Source: Octopus vulgaris (taxonomy: Eukaryota). From it: DNA of 64,000 nucleotides. Where the stretch lies: positions 93,124,001 to 93,188,000 of the forward strand of contig OX597814.1 of assembly GCA_951406725.2 (NCBI GenBank). Direction: 5' to 3'. Positions 25,169 through 38,739 of this stretch are shown piece by piece (within the stretch, counting starts at the first letter, position 1; the number at the start of each line of letters is the position of its first letter). The translations under genes were made by a program, and so were the position numbers. The notes below the pieces were generated by a model. That model saw nothing but the letters and a program-made list of their open reading frames with translations, did not search any database and was not told the origin of the DNA.

Positions 25169-28103
25169 AAAAAGGGGATGTGGAACACGAGTTGTGATAT
25201 ATAAAAAAGGAAATGAAGAAAATGCTGACAAAATAATTTAAGTAATTTAATTAGGTAAAAGTTCTTTTTACCGGTTGCGCATTTGTTATACTTCTCAAAA
25301 GATATTTTTTTAAGAGAGATTAGAGTTCCTTTCTGATAGATTTTTTCCCCTTATCTGACTTTATGTTGGGTTTGCTGTCTCTTATATGTGAAAAAAGAGG
25401 CTCCAGATTTGTTTAGGATTTGCTTGGTTTCGCGCCTAAAATTTCTTGTGGACAATGGTCAATACAATTTTGATTGGTCACGTGAATGTTTAGAATTTTC
25501 GAAAATAGCGTTGTTGAAAATTCTTATTGTTCAGGCTGGTCAGTAGACGTCATGTGGATATTTTAAATAGCTTTTTAGCGCGTAGTTAGGGAGTGTATTT
25601 TCCGCTTGACTGAATTTGAGCTGGATAAGTAAGTTCGTTTAGGATAGGAAGAGCTATATGTATGTATGTGTGCGCGCGTGTGTGTGTGTGTGTGTGTTTA
25701 TATGTATGTTGGTGCGCGCGCGCGTGTATATATGTGTGCGTGTGTGGGTACAATTTTCAATATTTATAGTTCTGCTGGCCTTGTGCCTGTATCGGGAAGC
25801 AACGTGTTTGTGTGAAGTCAATATTTACAGTCATTTCCAAAAAATAGTGTTGGATGTTTTGCACCCGTATCAAATTATGTGTATGTGTGGAACCATATAT
25901 TTGCGTGTGTTATGGTGTTAATATCTGGGTAAAAGTGTGTGTAGGGTGTGTGCAGGTGTAAGTGTGTTTGTTGTGGGTTCGTGTTAGGGGGATGTATTTA
26001 GAAGTGGTCTGTATTTATTAATAAGGTGGGATTCCATGGTTATTCGCTGGGTATGAGTGGCATTGTCTTTAAATTTGTAGAGGGGAAAGATTCTAAAATT
26101 GGGATGAAGTTGTGCGGCACAGGTATCAATATGTGCACTAAGTGCTATTTTTCTGTATTCCTGTATTTTTATTTGGGATCTGTGGACAGTCATGCGTTGG
26201 TGGAGGCTATTTTTAGTTTGGCCTATGTAGTGTTAATTACAGCCCGAGCAAGTTAATACAGGAATGTTCTGGAGGATGGTGTCAAAAGCTTCATTGTTGA
26301 GGGGGTTGTGTGTAGAGATGTATGGTAGAGTATGGGGTTTCGATGTAACTGGTTTAGGGCGTCTAAGTTCCTGTGTGCTGAGTTTTAGGGCGCGTTGGAT
26401 CCCATTGTCAATTAGTGACGTGGGGTAATCCCTGCTTGTTAATGTGTCCTTGAGTTCTTGTAGACGTAAGAGAGGGGTGTTTTTATTGGAGACTAAAACT
26501 AAGCACACAGGAACTTAGACGCCCTAAACCTGTTACATCGAAACCCCATACTCTACCATACATCTCTACACACAACCCCCTCAACAATGAAGCTTTGGAC
26601 ACCATCCTCCAGAACATTCCTGTATTAAAAAAGGACCATAGAATGAACCAAATCTTCCTAACACACGAAATCATAAAGAGCAAAAGGCAACCCAAATCAT
26701 TGAAAACTATCCTAACAAATGCCAAAGTACTGCCAACCACAACAACTAAACCCACAGTAAACAAATGCAATAGACCCAACTGTGGTATATGCATCAACCT
26801 AATAGAAGGTCCGGAATTCCTTTTTAAACAAGGACAACGTTTCACAGTAAAACACAACTTCACATGCGCATCAGAAAACCTAGTATATGTCTTAACTTGC
26901 TCGGGTTGTAATTAACACTACATAGGCCAAACTAAAAATAGCCTCCGCCAACGCATGACTGTCCACAGATCCCAAATAAAAATACAGGAATACAGAAAAA
27001 TAGCACTTAGTGCACATATTGATACCTGCGCCGCACAACTTCATCCCAATTTTAGAATCTTTCCCCTCTACAAATTTAAAGACAATGCCACTCATACCCA
27101 GCGAATAACCATGGAATCCCACCTTATTAATAAATACAGACCACTTCTAAACACATCCCCCTAACACGAACCCACAACAAACACACTTACACCTGCACAC
27201 ACACTACACACACTTTTACCCAGATATTAACACCATGACACACGCAAATATATGGTTCCACACATACACATAATTTGATACGGGTGCAAAACATCCAACA
27301 CTATTTTTTGGAAATGACTGTAAATATTGACTTCACACAAACACGTTGCTTCCCGATATAGGCACAAGGCCAGCAGAACTATAAATATTGAAAATTGTAC
27401 CCAGATACGTACACATATATACACGCGCGAGCGCACCAACATACATATAAACACACACACACACACACGCGCGCACACATACATACATATAGCTCTTCCT
27501 GTCCTAAACGAACTTACTTATCCAGCTCAAATTCAGTCAAGCGGAAAATACACTCCCTAACTACGCGCTAAAAAGCTATTTAAAATATCCACATGACGTC
27601 TACTGACCAGCCTGAACAATAAGAATTTTCAACAACGCTATTTTCGAAAATTCTAAACATTCACGTGACCTCTCTATTATGACCACATCCACGTGACCTC
27701 TTTATTATGACCAATAAGAAATTTTAGGCGCGACACTAGCCAAATTTTAACATCTCTGGAGCCTATTTTCTTACCCCAACACCAACTTCCATTCAAACAT
27801 TCACGTGACCCCTTCATAATGACCAATCAAAATTGTATTGACCATTGTCCACAAGAAATTTTAGGCGCGAAACCAAGCAAATCCTAAACAAATCTGGAGC
27901 CTCTTTTTTCACATATAAGAGACAGCAAACCCAACATAAAGTCAGATAAGAGGAAAAAATCTATCAGAAAGGAACTCTAATCTCTCTTAAAAAAATATCT
28001 TTTGATAAGCATAACAAATGCGCAACCGGTAAAAAGAACTTTTACCTAATTAAATTACTGAAATTACTTAAATTATTTTGTCAGCATTTTCTTCATTTCC
28101 TTT
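25166..28103. mobile_element. PLE locus 2: head-to-head inverted dimer (minus arm 25166-26481, plus arm 26493-28103) encoding RT thumb, Cys linker and GIY-YIG
   Basis: RDYPTSLIDNGIQRA...CNRPNCGICINL...FTCASENLVYVLTCSGCN*HYIGQT...PLLN. Arms are near-identical reverse complements. Flanked by (TA)n. Cys-rich linker suggests a Neptune-like clade (inference). Confidence 0.92.
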
Positions 28104-28110
28104 ATATATA

Positions 28111-28160
<50 letters not shown>

Positions 28161-28306
28161 TTTTTTCGTGTTCTTTCTTCCTTTATCTTCTTGTTGCTGA
28201 TGTCTTCTTCTTCTTCTTCTTCTTCTTCTTCTTCTTCTTCTTCTTCTTCTTCTTCTTCTTCTTCTTCTTCTTCTTCTTCTTCTTCTCTCCTTCACACATG
28301 CTTTCT

Positions 28307-28454
<148 letters not shown>

Positions 28455-28607
28455 ATATGCATATAAATATAGAGAGACTTATATACATATACGTACATAT
28501 ATATATACTCACATATACATACACACATACATCATTTGGACATATATACACACACAAATATACACGCACACACATACATACATATACACATGCATATACA
28601 TATACAA

Positions 28608-28660
<53 letters not shown>

Positions 28661-29048
28661 TAAAAAATTAAAGAGTGCGTACGTTACATGAATAATATTT
28701 TCAGGATTAGACAGCATACGGAAAATATGACCTACTTATATATATATATACATATAACATAAAAAAGACGTGTAGTAAATAAACAAACAAGCATATACTA
28801 AATACTCAGGCGGACAGAAAACATAGGTCATCAGTTATCGGCCAGAGGTGTCAACGCAATTTCAACCATAATCGATAATATTGCTTCCACTCTGGAGGCA
28901 CCGACAAGAAACTTGCCGGGAATGGGACCTAAACATAACAAAGCGAAACAGGCTCGAGACGAGACCGTTAGTGGACGTACGGGGGACAAAACAATAAACA
29001 GAATAAAGGCTTAGGGTCACACGAAGGCAACAATTAATAATGATAATA

Positions 29049-29190
29049 CAGGCGTGGCTGTGTGATAAGTAGCTTGCTTACCAACCATATGGTTCCGGGT
29101 TCAGTCCCACTGCGTGGCACCTTGGGCAAGTGTCTTCTACTATAGCCTCGGGCCGATCAAAGCCTTGTGAGTGGAATTGGTAGACGGAAC
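29049..29190 (+). mobile_element. SINE family B 5' part
   Basis: Head and core, truncated before the TA tract that holds the pogo element. Confidence 0.85.
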
Positions 29191-29240
29191 ATGGCCATTG
29201 CTTTGGGCTGAAACTAATATATATATAAATATAAATATAA

Positions 29241-29322
<82 letters not shown>

Positions 29323-29324
<2 letters not shown>

Positions 29325-31071
29325 GTATTTGACGGCATATTAGACGCACTGGCATATTAGACGCACCCTCATTTCAGCAGGTCAAATTCAGGAAAAAAAG
29401 TTTTAAGTGTATTTAAGCATATATTGTTGAAAGCAGTCTAGCAGCACATTACAAAAGCAGAAAACATTGCTGTATAAAAGCAAGCATACAGAAGGAAAGC
29501 ATACAAATTACAATAGTAATCATCTTTAATCATCTTTTTAACCAGAAAACTCTTCATCATCTTCTACACCAGAAAAGTCTTCATCATCTTCAAAACAAGG
29601 AACATCTTCATCACTACTGCTGAAATCACTGTCTTCAAATAATGCATCATCTTCTGTGCCATCAAGGGCATTGCTAATGCCACACTTCTTAAAGGCCTTC
29701 ACAATGATTTCTAACATCATCCCAAGATTTCTTCACCCACTCACACACTTCAGCAATGGTGGGCCGCTTCATTCTTCCTGTGGGTGTGAGGGCATGATGT
29801 GGCTCTGCCATCCACTTGTTCCAATATTCACGCATGTTCTGCTTAAATGGCTTATTCACAGACACATCTAAAGGCTGCAATTGGCTCGTCAGTTCACCAG
29901 GAATGACAGCTAACTGCGTTTTCAATTCTCCCACCCTTTTTTTAATGGCTTCAGTTCTATGTGCTCTAAACTGATCCCAAACCAGAAGAGAAGGTTTTCT
30001 TAATAGTCCACCAGGACGCCTTGACCATATATTTTGTAACCACAGTTTCATTCCATTTTCGTCCATCCAGCCTTTTTCGTGCACATGAACTAGTACACCT
30101 CTTGGAATTTTATCCTTAGGCTGAGTTTTTCTCTTAAATATCAAAAGAGGTGGCAGTTTTATGCCATCAGCACAACAGGCCAGAGCTACTGTATAGTGGG
30201 TCTTTTCCTGGCCAGTGGTTTTTATCGAAACCGTTTTAGACCCTTTGACACTCACAGTCTTGTTGGATGGTACATCAAATGTGAGTGGAACTTCGTCCAT
30301 ATTCCCTATTTGGCCCAGTTCAAAACAAGTTTTCTTTCTTGCATTTATAACAAATCTATGAAAATCTAATATTTTTTCTTCATAAAAAGCAGGCATTTTT
30401 TGTGCAATGGATGTTTTTGTACGCATTGATAAACCCTTCCGTTTCATAAACCTGTAACACCAACCTTCTGTTCCTGCAAAGTTCTGTATCCCTCGTTGTT
30501 CTGCTACTCTCATGGCCTCATGAATTATCATTTTGGTAGATACACTTCTCCCTGAGTTTCTCTCATCAAGCACCCACGTTTTTATATCATCCTCAAGTTC
30601 TGGCCAATGTGGGGCTGGGCAACGAAGGTTATGTTTACCTTTCTGTGCTCTCATCAGCTGCTTTTCTTGCTGTCGCCAGACACGTATAATTTTTTCTGTA
30701 GGTGGTGGCCCAAAAACCCTTGCTGCTGCTCTATTTCCATGCTCCTTGGCATAATCTACCACTCGTAGTTTGTAGGAGATTTGGTAGCTTGATCTTTTTG
30801 CTGCCATAGCCATGAGGGTGCTTGTACTGTTGTAGTGTGTTTTGTTATGATCATAAACTTTGTTGTACCAAGATATCCAACCTACCTCCGTATATACACG
30901 AACTCGCAACGATCATGTGCATTCCGTAGTTTTACTCCTCACCGTCAGATGGCATCGAGTTAGGGTTCCGATCAGCTGATATTAGTAAACGTGTGTCATG
31001 GATCGCAGCCTAACAATTTACGGTAGATTGCTTTGATTTTTACGATAATTCGTATTTTAAAGTAATAATAC

Positions 31072-31124
<53 letters not shown>

Positions 31125-31324
31125 GCAATAAAATAATGATGCATGAGTACGGAAAATATCATTAAGGCGTTAGCGTAGGTAGAAATACTTATCGTAAGCT
31201 AGGTTAGTGAGCGTCTGGGAGAAGATTAGCCTACGGGAGGGTCTTGACATCGCATATTAGACGCAGGGCGATTTTTTGAGCCAAATTTTTGGGAAAAAAG
31301 TGCGTCCTATATGCCGTCAAATAC

Positions 31325-31326
<2 letters not shown>
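29323..31326 (-). mobile_element. pogo-superfamily DNA transposon (DD35D, Passer/POGK-like), full length, about 2.0 kb
   Basis: TIRs CCGTATTTGACGGCATATTAGACGCAC / GTGCGTCCTATATGCCGTCAAATACGG with TA flanks. Confidence 0.95.
29538..30813 (-). pseudogene. pogo transposase (Brinker-like DBD, CENP-B HTH, DDE_1) with one frameshift near 29710
   Basis: RSSYQISYKLRVVDYAKEHGNRAAARVF; GWCYRFMKR; NMDEVP...LVWDQFRAH...LQPLDVSVN (35 aa between D2 and D3); C-terminus IVKAFKKCGISNALDGTEDD in another frame. Confidence 0.92.
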
Positions 31327-31360
<34 letters not shown>

Positions 31361-31394
31361 GACGCCATGATAGATCGTTAGCTCCTATACGCAT

Positions 31395-31780
31395 TTTTTT
31401 CTCTCGTTTTTTTCTGTGTATCTTTCTGTCGAAGAGCGTAGGCTCGAAACGTAAAAGACCTTTTCTATTCCTGAGCGCTATACTAATACATTTGTTTGTT
31501 TGTACTCCAGATGACAAGCGAAAGCGCAAACATGGGGCTATTTGAAGGGCCCGGTCTATATCCCCCCTTTTCCTGCAAACCTAAAGGAACTTGAGCAGAG
31601 AATCACTACCGCACTGGAGACTGTTACCCAGAAACAAAAGACGAAGGCAGGTGGTGTAGACAACAAACGGATGTATTAGTTTAACGCTCAGGAAGTGAAA
31701 ATGTCCTTAACGTTTCGACCCTACGCTCTTCCGCAGAAAGAACACAGAAAGAAACAGGGAGAGAAAATAAAGAACGTGTA
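31395..31780. mobile_element. Inverted pair of PLE-type hammerhead-bearing fragments bracketing a Tc1/mariner transposase scrap
   Basis: Motifs at 31421-31458 (+) and 31704-31741 (-); 31533-31631 translates WGYLKGPVYIPPFPANLKELEQRITTALETVT. Confidence 0.6.
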
Positions 31781-32358
31781 ATATTCAACTTACGCCGGTA
31801 GTAGCTTCCCCACTCCCGTAGATAGGCATGTATCACTAATTATTATAACTATTCTAATTGCATAACTAAATTTTTCAGTCGGCCGAAATGTTTTCAGAGG
31901 GACTGCATGTAACATCGATTGGTATGTCCTTATTTCCTCTTTTTCTCTTACTTTTTCTTTATTTTCCCACTCCGATGAAGTTCCAATATTTAACTTGGTA
32001 TAATTATTAACAGTAATAATTATAATTATTGTAATAAATAAGCCTGATTATGCCCAAATTAGCGCGAACAGAAACAGCTGTTAGATGAGAGATAGTGTCT
32101 TTTTGTAATCAATAAATGATAATTGATGTTTCTCATTTATCAATTTTATCTCCATTTTCTTAATTTTTCCTTAAATATAGATAATGGAGGGTCGAAGTTG
32201 GGAACATAAACATGACAGAAGAGACATACAAAGAAAACCGAAAGAAAACAAGCATGGAGGGTCGTTAGACCAGAACGAGAGGAAAATAATGAACGCTGTG
32301 AGAAACATTTTTGTGGAAAGAGAAAAGATAGAACAGAGAAAAAACACGTTCGCTCTAC

Positions 32359-32391
<33 letters not shown>

Positions 32392-32657
32392 TGTATGTAT
32401 GTATGTATGTATGTATGTATGTATGTATGTGTGTGTGTATTATGTATGTATGCATGTATGTATGTATGTATGTATTATGTATGTATGCATGTATGTATGT
32501 ATGTATGTATGTATGTATGTATGTATGTATGCATGTATGTATGCATGTATATATGTATGTTAAAATGTATGTATGTATGTATTATGTATGTATGCATGTA
32601 TGTATGTATGCATTACGTATGTATGTATGTATGTATGCATGCATGTATGTATGCATG

Positions 32658-32691
<34 letters not shown>

Positions 32692-33245
32692 TGTATGTAT
32701 GTATGTATGTATGTGGTTTTTCATTTAAGCACAAAGCCAGAAAATTTGCAGGACGGGGATTAGTCGATAGTATCGACCAAGCAATTGACTGATATCTTAT
32801 ATTGTTGCCCTTGGTGGCGGTGGTCGTGGTGGTGGTGGTGTGTGTGTGTATGGGGGGTGGAGGTGAGGATTACTTTGTTGGGTTTTTGAACTCTGAATCT
32901 TGAGAGCGGAACAAATAGCACAAAGTTTTCCCCACCATCAGCCCCTACTCTAACAATACAGCCATCCTACCACCCTTATACTTGTATATATATATTTCAA
33001 ATTTAGCACATTTCAACTTTTAGCATAATGCCAGCAATTTTAGAAGGGTTGGGAGAATATTCGATTACATCGACTCCAGTACTTTATTTGTACTTTATTT
33101 TATCGACCCCTAAGGAATAAAGGATGCACTTGACCACGGCGAGATTTTGAACTTAGAATGTATTGTTGCATTCGTAATAAAATCATGAATAGCGCATTTC
33201 TGTACATGTTCAAAACCCTAATAAGTATCATCTAAAACTTGAGAT

Positions 33246-33581
33246 CAGAGGTTCTCAGTTGAGGTCCATATGGCCCCTGTAGGTCCATATAAGATTTTGT
33301 GGGGTCCGCACTACAGAATAGTAAATTGGGAATCCACAATAGTATTTTAAGGGCCCCTGAAAAAAATTTTGCTTCAGATGTATTGCAAGAAAGTTTGGTT
33401 TCTTTCCCTAACATTTTACATAGTTCAACCTACACAAGGTAATGTGTGAAAAACAAAACAGGAATTTTCGAAAGAAGGGTCTATAAAACTAGCTTTTAAA
33501 CATCGAGTGGCTATGAAGGTCCATCAGCATAAAATAGCAACTAAAGGGGTCCATAGATAGAAAAAATGTTTGAAAATCTTT
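33246..33581. mobile_element. hAT-like non-autonomous element
   Basis: Ends CAGAGGTTCTCA / TTGAAAATCTTTG, with repeated internal GGTCC(A) motifs. Confidence 0.5.
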
Positions 33582-33597
33582 GCTTTACATGATATTC

Positions 33598-34004
33598 TCT
33601 TTACTCTTTTACTTGTTTCAGTCATGTGACTGTGGCCATGCTGGAGCACCGCATTTAGTCGAGCAAATCGACCCCAGAACTTATTCTTTGTAAGCCTAGT
33701 ACTTATTCTATCGGTCTCTTTTGCCGAACCGCTAGGTTACGGGGACGTAAACACACCAGTATCGGTTGTCAAGCGATGTTGGGGGACAAACACAGACACA
33801 CAAACATATACACACACATACATATATACAAAATATTACGACGGGCTTCTTTCAGTTTCCGTCTACCAAATCCACTTACAAGGCTTTGGTCGGCCCGAAG
33901 CTATAGTGGAAGACACTTTCCCAAGGTGCCGCGCAGTGGGACTGAACCCGGAACCATGAGGTTGGTAAGCAAGCTACTTACCACACAGCCACTCCTACGC
34001 CTAT
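33598..34004 (-). mobile_element. SINE family B
   Basis: Full reverse-complement copy. Confidence 0.9.
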
Positions 34005-34249
34005 ATATTTGGAAAATCCTCTGTGCTCTTGGCTACTCTTTGCAAGTGCAGCGTTTGAAACCCACTGTACTACGTTTTCTTTTTATATATTTTGGGTGTT
34101 ACCAAAAAATTGTATGAACAGGACCAGAACGTTAAATAGCAGCCCTTCCTTCGAGTAAAAATACAGCTATCTTTGCCATGTCAAGAGAAGTGCAAGTAAA
34201 CTGATATGAGAAATATGCAATGCTGCAGGGAAACCATTCACTATAGCTA

Positions 34250-34250
34250 T

Positions 34251-34282
<32 letters not shown>

Positions 34283-35050
34283 ACATCGCCGCCACCACCA
34301 CCACCACCAAGACCACTACTACTGCTACTAGTACTACTTAAATTGTTAACACCACCACCACCACCACCACTACTACTACCACTACTACTACTACTACCAC
34401 CCGTACTACCGCTACTACTACTACAACTTAATTTGTTTCCACCACTACCACCACCCCATCTACTACTACTACTACTACTACTTTTACCCCTCCTCCTCCT
34501 CCTCCTCCTCCTCCTACTACTACTACTACTACTACTACGACGACGATGACGACTACTACTACTACTATTACTTAAATTGTTACTGCCAACACCACCACTA
34601 ATAAAAATAACACTACTTAAATTGTTACTACTAATATCACCACCAGCACCACCACTACTACTACAACTACTACTACTGCTGCTACTCCTGCTGCTGCTAC
34701 TCCTGTTGCTGCTGCTGCTGCCGCTGCAGCTGTTGCTACTACTGCTGTTTCTGTGAATGTAGGCTAGTCTCGAACAAACAATGACAGCATAATTATCTAG
34801 TCGGCTGGACTTCTGGGTTTCTTCTGATCATGTTCTTTCAGATATCTTACACACGAAGTTTATAAGAGTTACATAAGAGTTACATAAGAGTTGCTTACTT
34901 CAATTTGTTTCAGTTGATGAAAAAGAATCTGACTGTGATGACGAAACTTCTCTGGTGCTAGTGCTTACGACAAACACTCGTAGCAAGCTCAATTACAGAA
35001 ACTAGCATGAGAAAAAGTATTCTAATCTTTGATTGAGGTAGATTTGCTAT
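34250..35050 (+). repeat. Diverged paralogue of 22190-23530, lacking about 22610-23360
   Basis: Shared AGCATAATTATCTAGTCGGCTGGACTTCTGGGTT and AGTTGATGAAAAAGAAT...CTCGTAGCAAGCTCAATTACAG blocks after CAC/TAC microsatellites. Confidence 0.9.
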
Positions 35051-35063
35051 ACATGTATGTATG

Positions 35064-35122
<59 letters not shown>

Positions 35123-35181
35123 AGGTCCCGGGTTGAGTCGAGGTTAACCACAGTAAATAAGGTACTCAATACATTGCAGAG

Positions 35182-35220
<39 letters not shown>

Positions 35221-35229
35221 TTATAGAAG

Positions 35230-35282
35230 GAGCTTCTACAGGACTAGAACTGTTTCATTCAGATGAAATCTTCAGGAAGCTC
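35230..35282 (-). ncRNA. Type I hammerhead ribozyme motif (inverted partner at 35297-35350 +)
   Basis: Reverse complement GAGCTTC-[CTGAAGA]-tTTCAtcTGAAt-[GAAA]-CAG ttctagtc CTG-[TA]-GAAGCTC: perfect 7-bp stem I, canonical core, GUA site; weak stem II. Confidence 0.7.
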
Positions 35283-35377
35283 AGATGAAAGCTTCAGGAG
35301 TTTCCTGAAGATTTCATCTGAATGAAACAGTTCTAGTCCTGTAAAAGCTCTTTCTATAAAATAAATATATATATATA

Positions 35378-35943
35378 TTGGGTTGTCCGGAAAGTTCGTG
35401 CCGATTTATAATAGCTTACCTTTCGATGTATTTTAGAACATGGTTGAGTCCATAAAATAGGATTTGACTACACCTCCATTTAGAGCACAGTTTAAGCTAT
35501 CTTTTCGTGGAAGAATGTTTATGTTCCTATAATCTGTGTTAATTCTGTAACCCTTTAAAATGGAAGATGAGAAAACTCATTTTCGGCACTTGATGCTTTG
35601 GGAACCAGACAAAAATTGCTGCAGCTCGGCTGGGATGTGTTACCCCACACTCCATATTCACTAGATATGGCTCCTTCGGATTTCCACTTATTCAGGTCTC
35701 TGTAGAATATACTTAATGGTAGAAATTTCAATTCCTTGGATAACGTAAAAAGATACCTTGATGAATTCTTTGCCATGAAACCACCTCAATTCTGGGAAGA
35801 GTGTATTTTCAAGTTAAAGGAAAGATGGAGACGCATTGTGGAACAAAATGGTTCATATTTGGTTGATTAAAAATGCAATGGGAAGTATTTATTGACCCTT
35901 TTCTTTCCTTTAAAAATCGGTACGAACTTTCCGGACAACCCAG
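35378..35943 (+). mobile_element. Internally deleted mariner element
   Basis: TIRs TTGGGTTGTCCGGAAAGTTCGTGCCGATTT / AAATCGGTACGAACTTTCCGGACAACCCAG with TA flanks; LGWDVLPHTPYSLDMAPSDFHLFRSL. Confidence 0.93.
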
Positions 35944-35956
35944 TATATGCATATAT

Positions 35957-36290
35957 CGGAGATCCCCTTCGGTCACGAATGACCATGGGACTGACCCTGA
36001 AAAGTTACTGTCCGAGATACAAGTCTGGGCAAGGTTGTTTATGGAAGACAATCAGTCGCCCATGCATACCAGCACCCCCTTTCCACGCCAGCAATGTTAT
36101 CCAAGGGAAAGGCAAAGGCCGATACAGCTTGGCACCAGAGACGTCGCTACTCATTTCTACAGCTGAGTGAACTGGAACAACGTGAAATAAAGTGTCTTGC
36201 TCAAGAACACAACATGCAGCCCGGTCCGGGATTCGAACTCTCCCAACCTCACGGTCGTAAGTTCGACGCTCTAACCACTGTGAGCCATGC
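35957..36290 (-). mobile_element. tRNA-derived SINE family C (second copy 46028-46320 -)
   Basis: Reverse-complement head with GTGGTTAGAGCG and GAGTTCGAATCCC, then GTGTTCTTGAGCAAGACACTT core; shared tail with the 46-kb copy. Confidence 0.85.
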
Positions 36291-36299
36291 ATATATATG

Positions 36300-36410
<111 letters not shown>

Positions 36411-36427
36411 GTATGTATGTATGTATG

Positions 36428-36459
<32 letters not shown>

Positions 36460-36579
36460 TGTATGTATGTATGTATGTATATGTATGTATGTATGTATGC
36501 ATGTATGTATCAGCCAGATCTCGCTCAAATAAAAAAATAACCTGTTTGAAAAAAAAAGACAAACGAATAAACAGATACA

Positions 36580-37062
<483 letters not shown>

Positions 37063-37661
37063 ATATACAGAGAGGAGTGGTGTGGGGGACGAGATAATGT
37101 GATGTGTGATGTGTGTGTGTGCATGTGCGTGCACGCACGCGAATAGATGTGGCTAAATGACTGAAAGCGTCCAGTGAAATTGCCGGAATGAGTGGAATAT
37201 CTAACGTTCCAGACAGAATCCTTCTCCGGGATAAAAAAGAGACAAGAGGGAAATAAAAAGGAGTACCGGTTTATAACCGTTATGTTTGAGAAACTGATTG
37301 CCTTTGGTATTGGTCACGCAAATGGCTACCACACCCAAATAACCTTTCTCGGACAATCGAATATACTCACTCTATTGACAAATATACGAGTGTATATTCT
37401 TTCTGACTTATGAATTCTTAGACGGCTATGTGACTGCGACACGCGTTTGTGTGTCTGTGAGTGTGTATGTCCTTGGTATGACTTTTTAAACTGCATCCCG
37501 TTGTGCGGCCTCGGTTCCAGGGTTTTGAGGAATGTGGGATCACTTCTTAGAACATTCTATCGATATAAACTTTGGCCGTTGATTTTCGTGCAAATTTTCA
37601 GAAAGAAATTGTTTCAATATTCACAAAATGCCAATAACTTTTGATTAATTATTTTATTATT

Positions 37662-38040
37662 GCGAACTGGCAGAATCGTTAGCATGCCGGGTGAAATGCT
37701 TAGCGGTATTTCGTCTGCCGTTACGTTCTGAGTTCAAATTCCGCCGGGCTCGACTTTGCCTTTCATCCTTTCAGGGTCGATTAAATAAGTACCAGTTACG
37801 CACTGGTGTCGATATAATCGAATTAATCCGTTTGTCTGTCCTTGTTTGTCCTCTCTGTGTTTAGCCCCTTGTGAGTAGTAAAGAAATAGGCATTTCGTCT
37901 GCCGCTACGTTCTGAGTTCAAATTCCGCCGAGCTCGACTTTGCCTATTAACCTTTCAGGATCAATAAATTAAGTACCAATGAACTTGACTAGTCCCCTCC
38001 CACCAAATTTTAGGCCTTTTGTCTTTGGTAGAAAGGACTA
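37662..38040 (+). mobile_element. SINE family A dimer
   Basis: Head, core, tail and second body. Confidence 0.9.
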
Positions 38041-38739
38041 TTATTATTATTGTTATAATCATCATTATTTAGGAGTGGACGAGACGTTATCTATCTTCCG
38101 CACACTATCCTTTATATCAGAACACTCTGTTCAGACATGACAAATAAAACGATAACACCTAAAGTCAAGTTAGTGCTATCTTCTTCATGTAATGAAAAGA
38201 GGGTGAAATTAGATAATGAATAATATTTATATGGTAAGAAGACGGAAAAAATATTATTCAGTCAATGACTGAATCAGAAATCATTTAACCTGATCTTCAT
38301 ATGTACGGACGACAATTCCAGGCATTCTTCTGATTATTGGTGCTCAGCAAAGTATGATCTTCTCATTATTATGTAATAAGAGAACCATTCCAAGTGTCAA
38401 AAATTATTATATTGACCAAGGGAAAAACGACTCGGAGATACGATCTGCCAAAAAAGATGATACCCAAAGTTTACATCGATAAAATGTCAGGATAAATGTC
38501 ACAAATTCAAAATTCGTGGGGTCGACTGTTACGATGATTTGGGGCAAGGATTTGAATAAAGTAATTATTTGTATGACCACATTCAGATAATATATCCAAC
38601 AATAAAACTAGACGCACCCCGTATTGTTTCCAGCCTCTACAGGCCACTTGTTTTGTGCGATACTATACAGCAACAAATATAGTTTTTCACTGGCATTAAA
38701 AGATGATACTCAACTCTCATTTACATGGCATGTAGAAAC

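Noticed and set aside
28826-28836. CTGATGA on the minus strand as a hammerhead core
   Set aside because: No downstream stem II-GAAA-UH arrangement found
29538-30909. Domesticated POGK-like host gene
   Set aside because: Intact TIRs, TA flanks and a frameshift indicate a transposon copy
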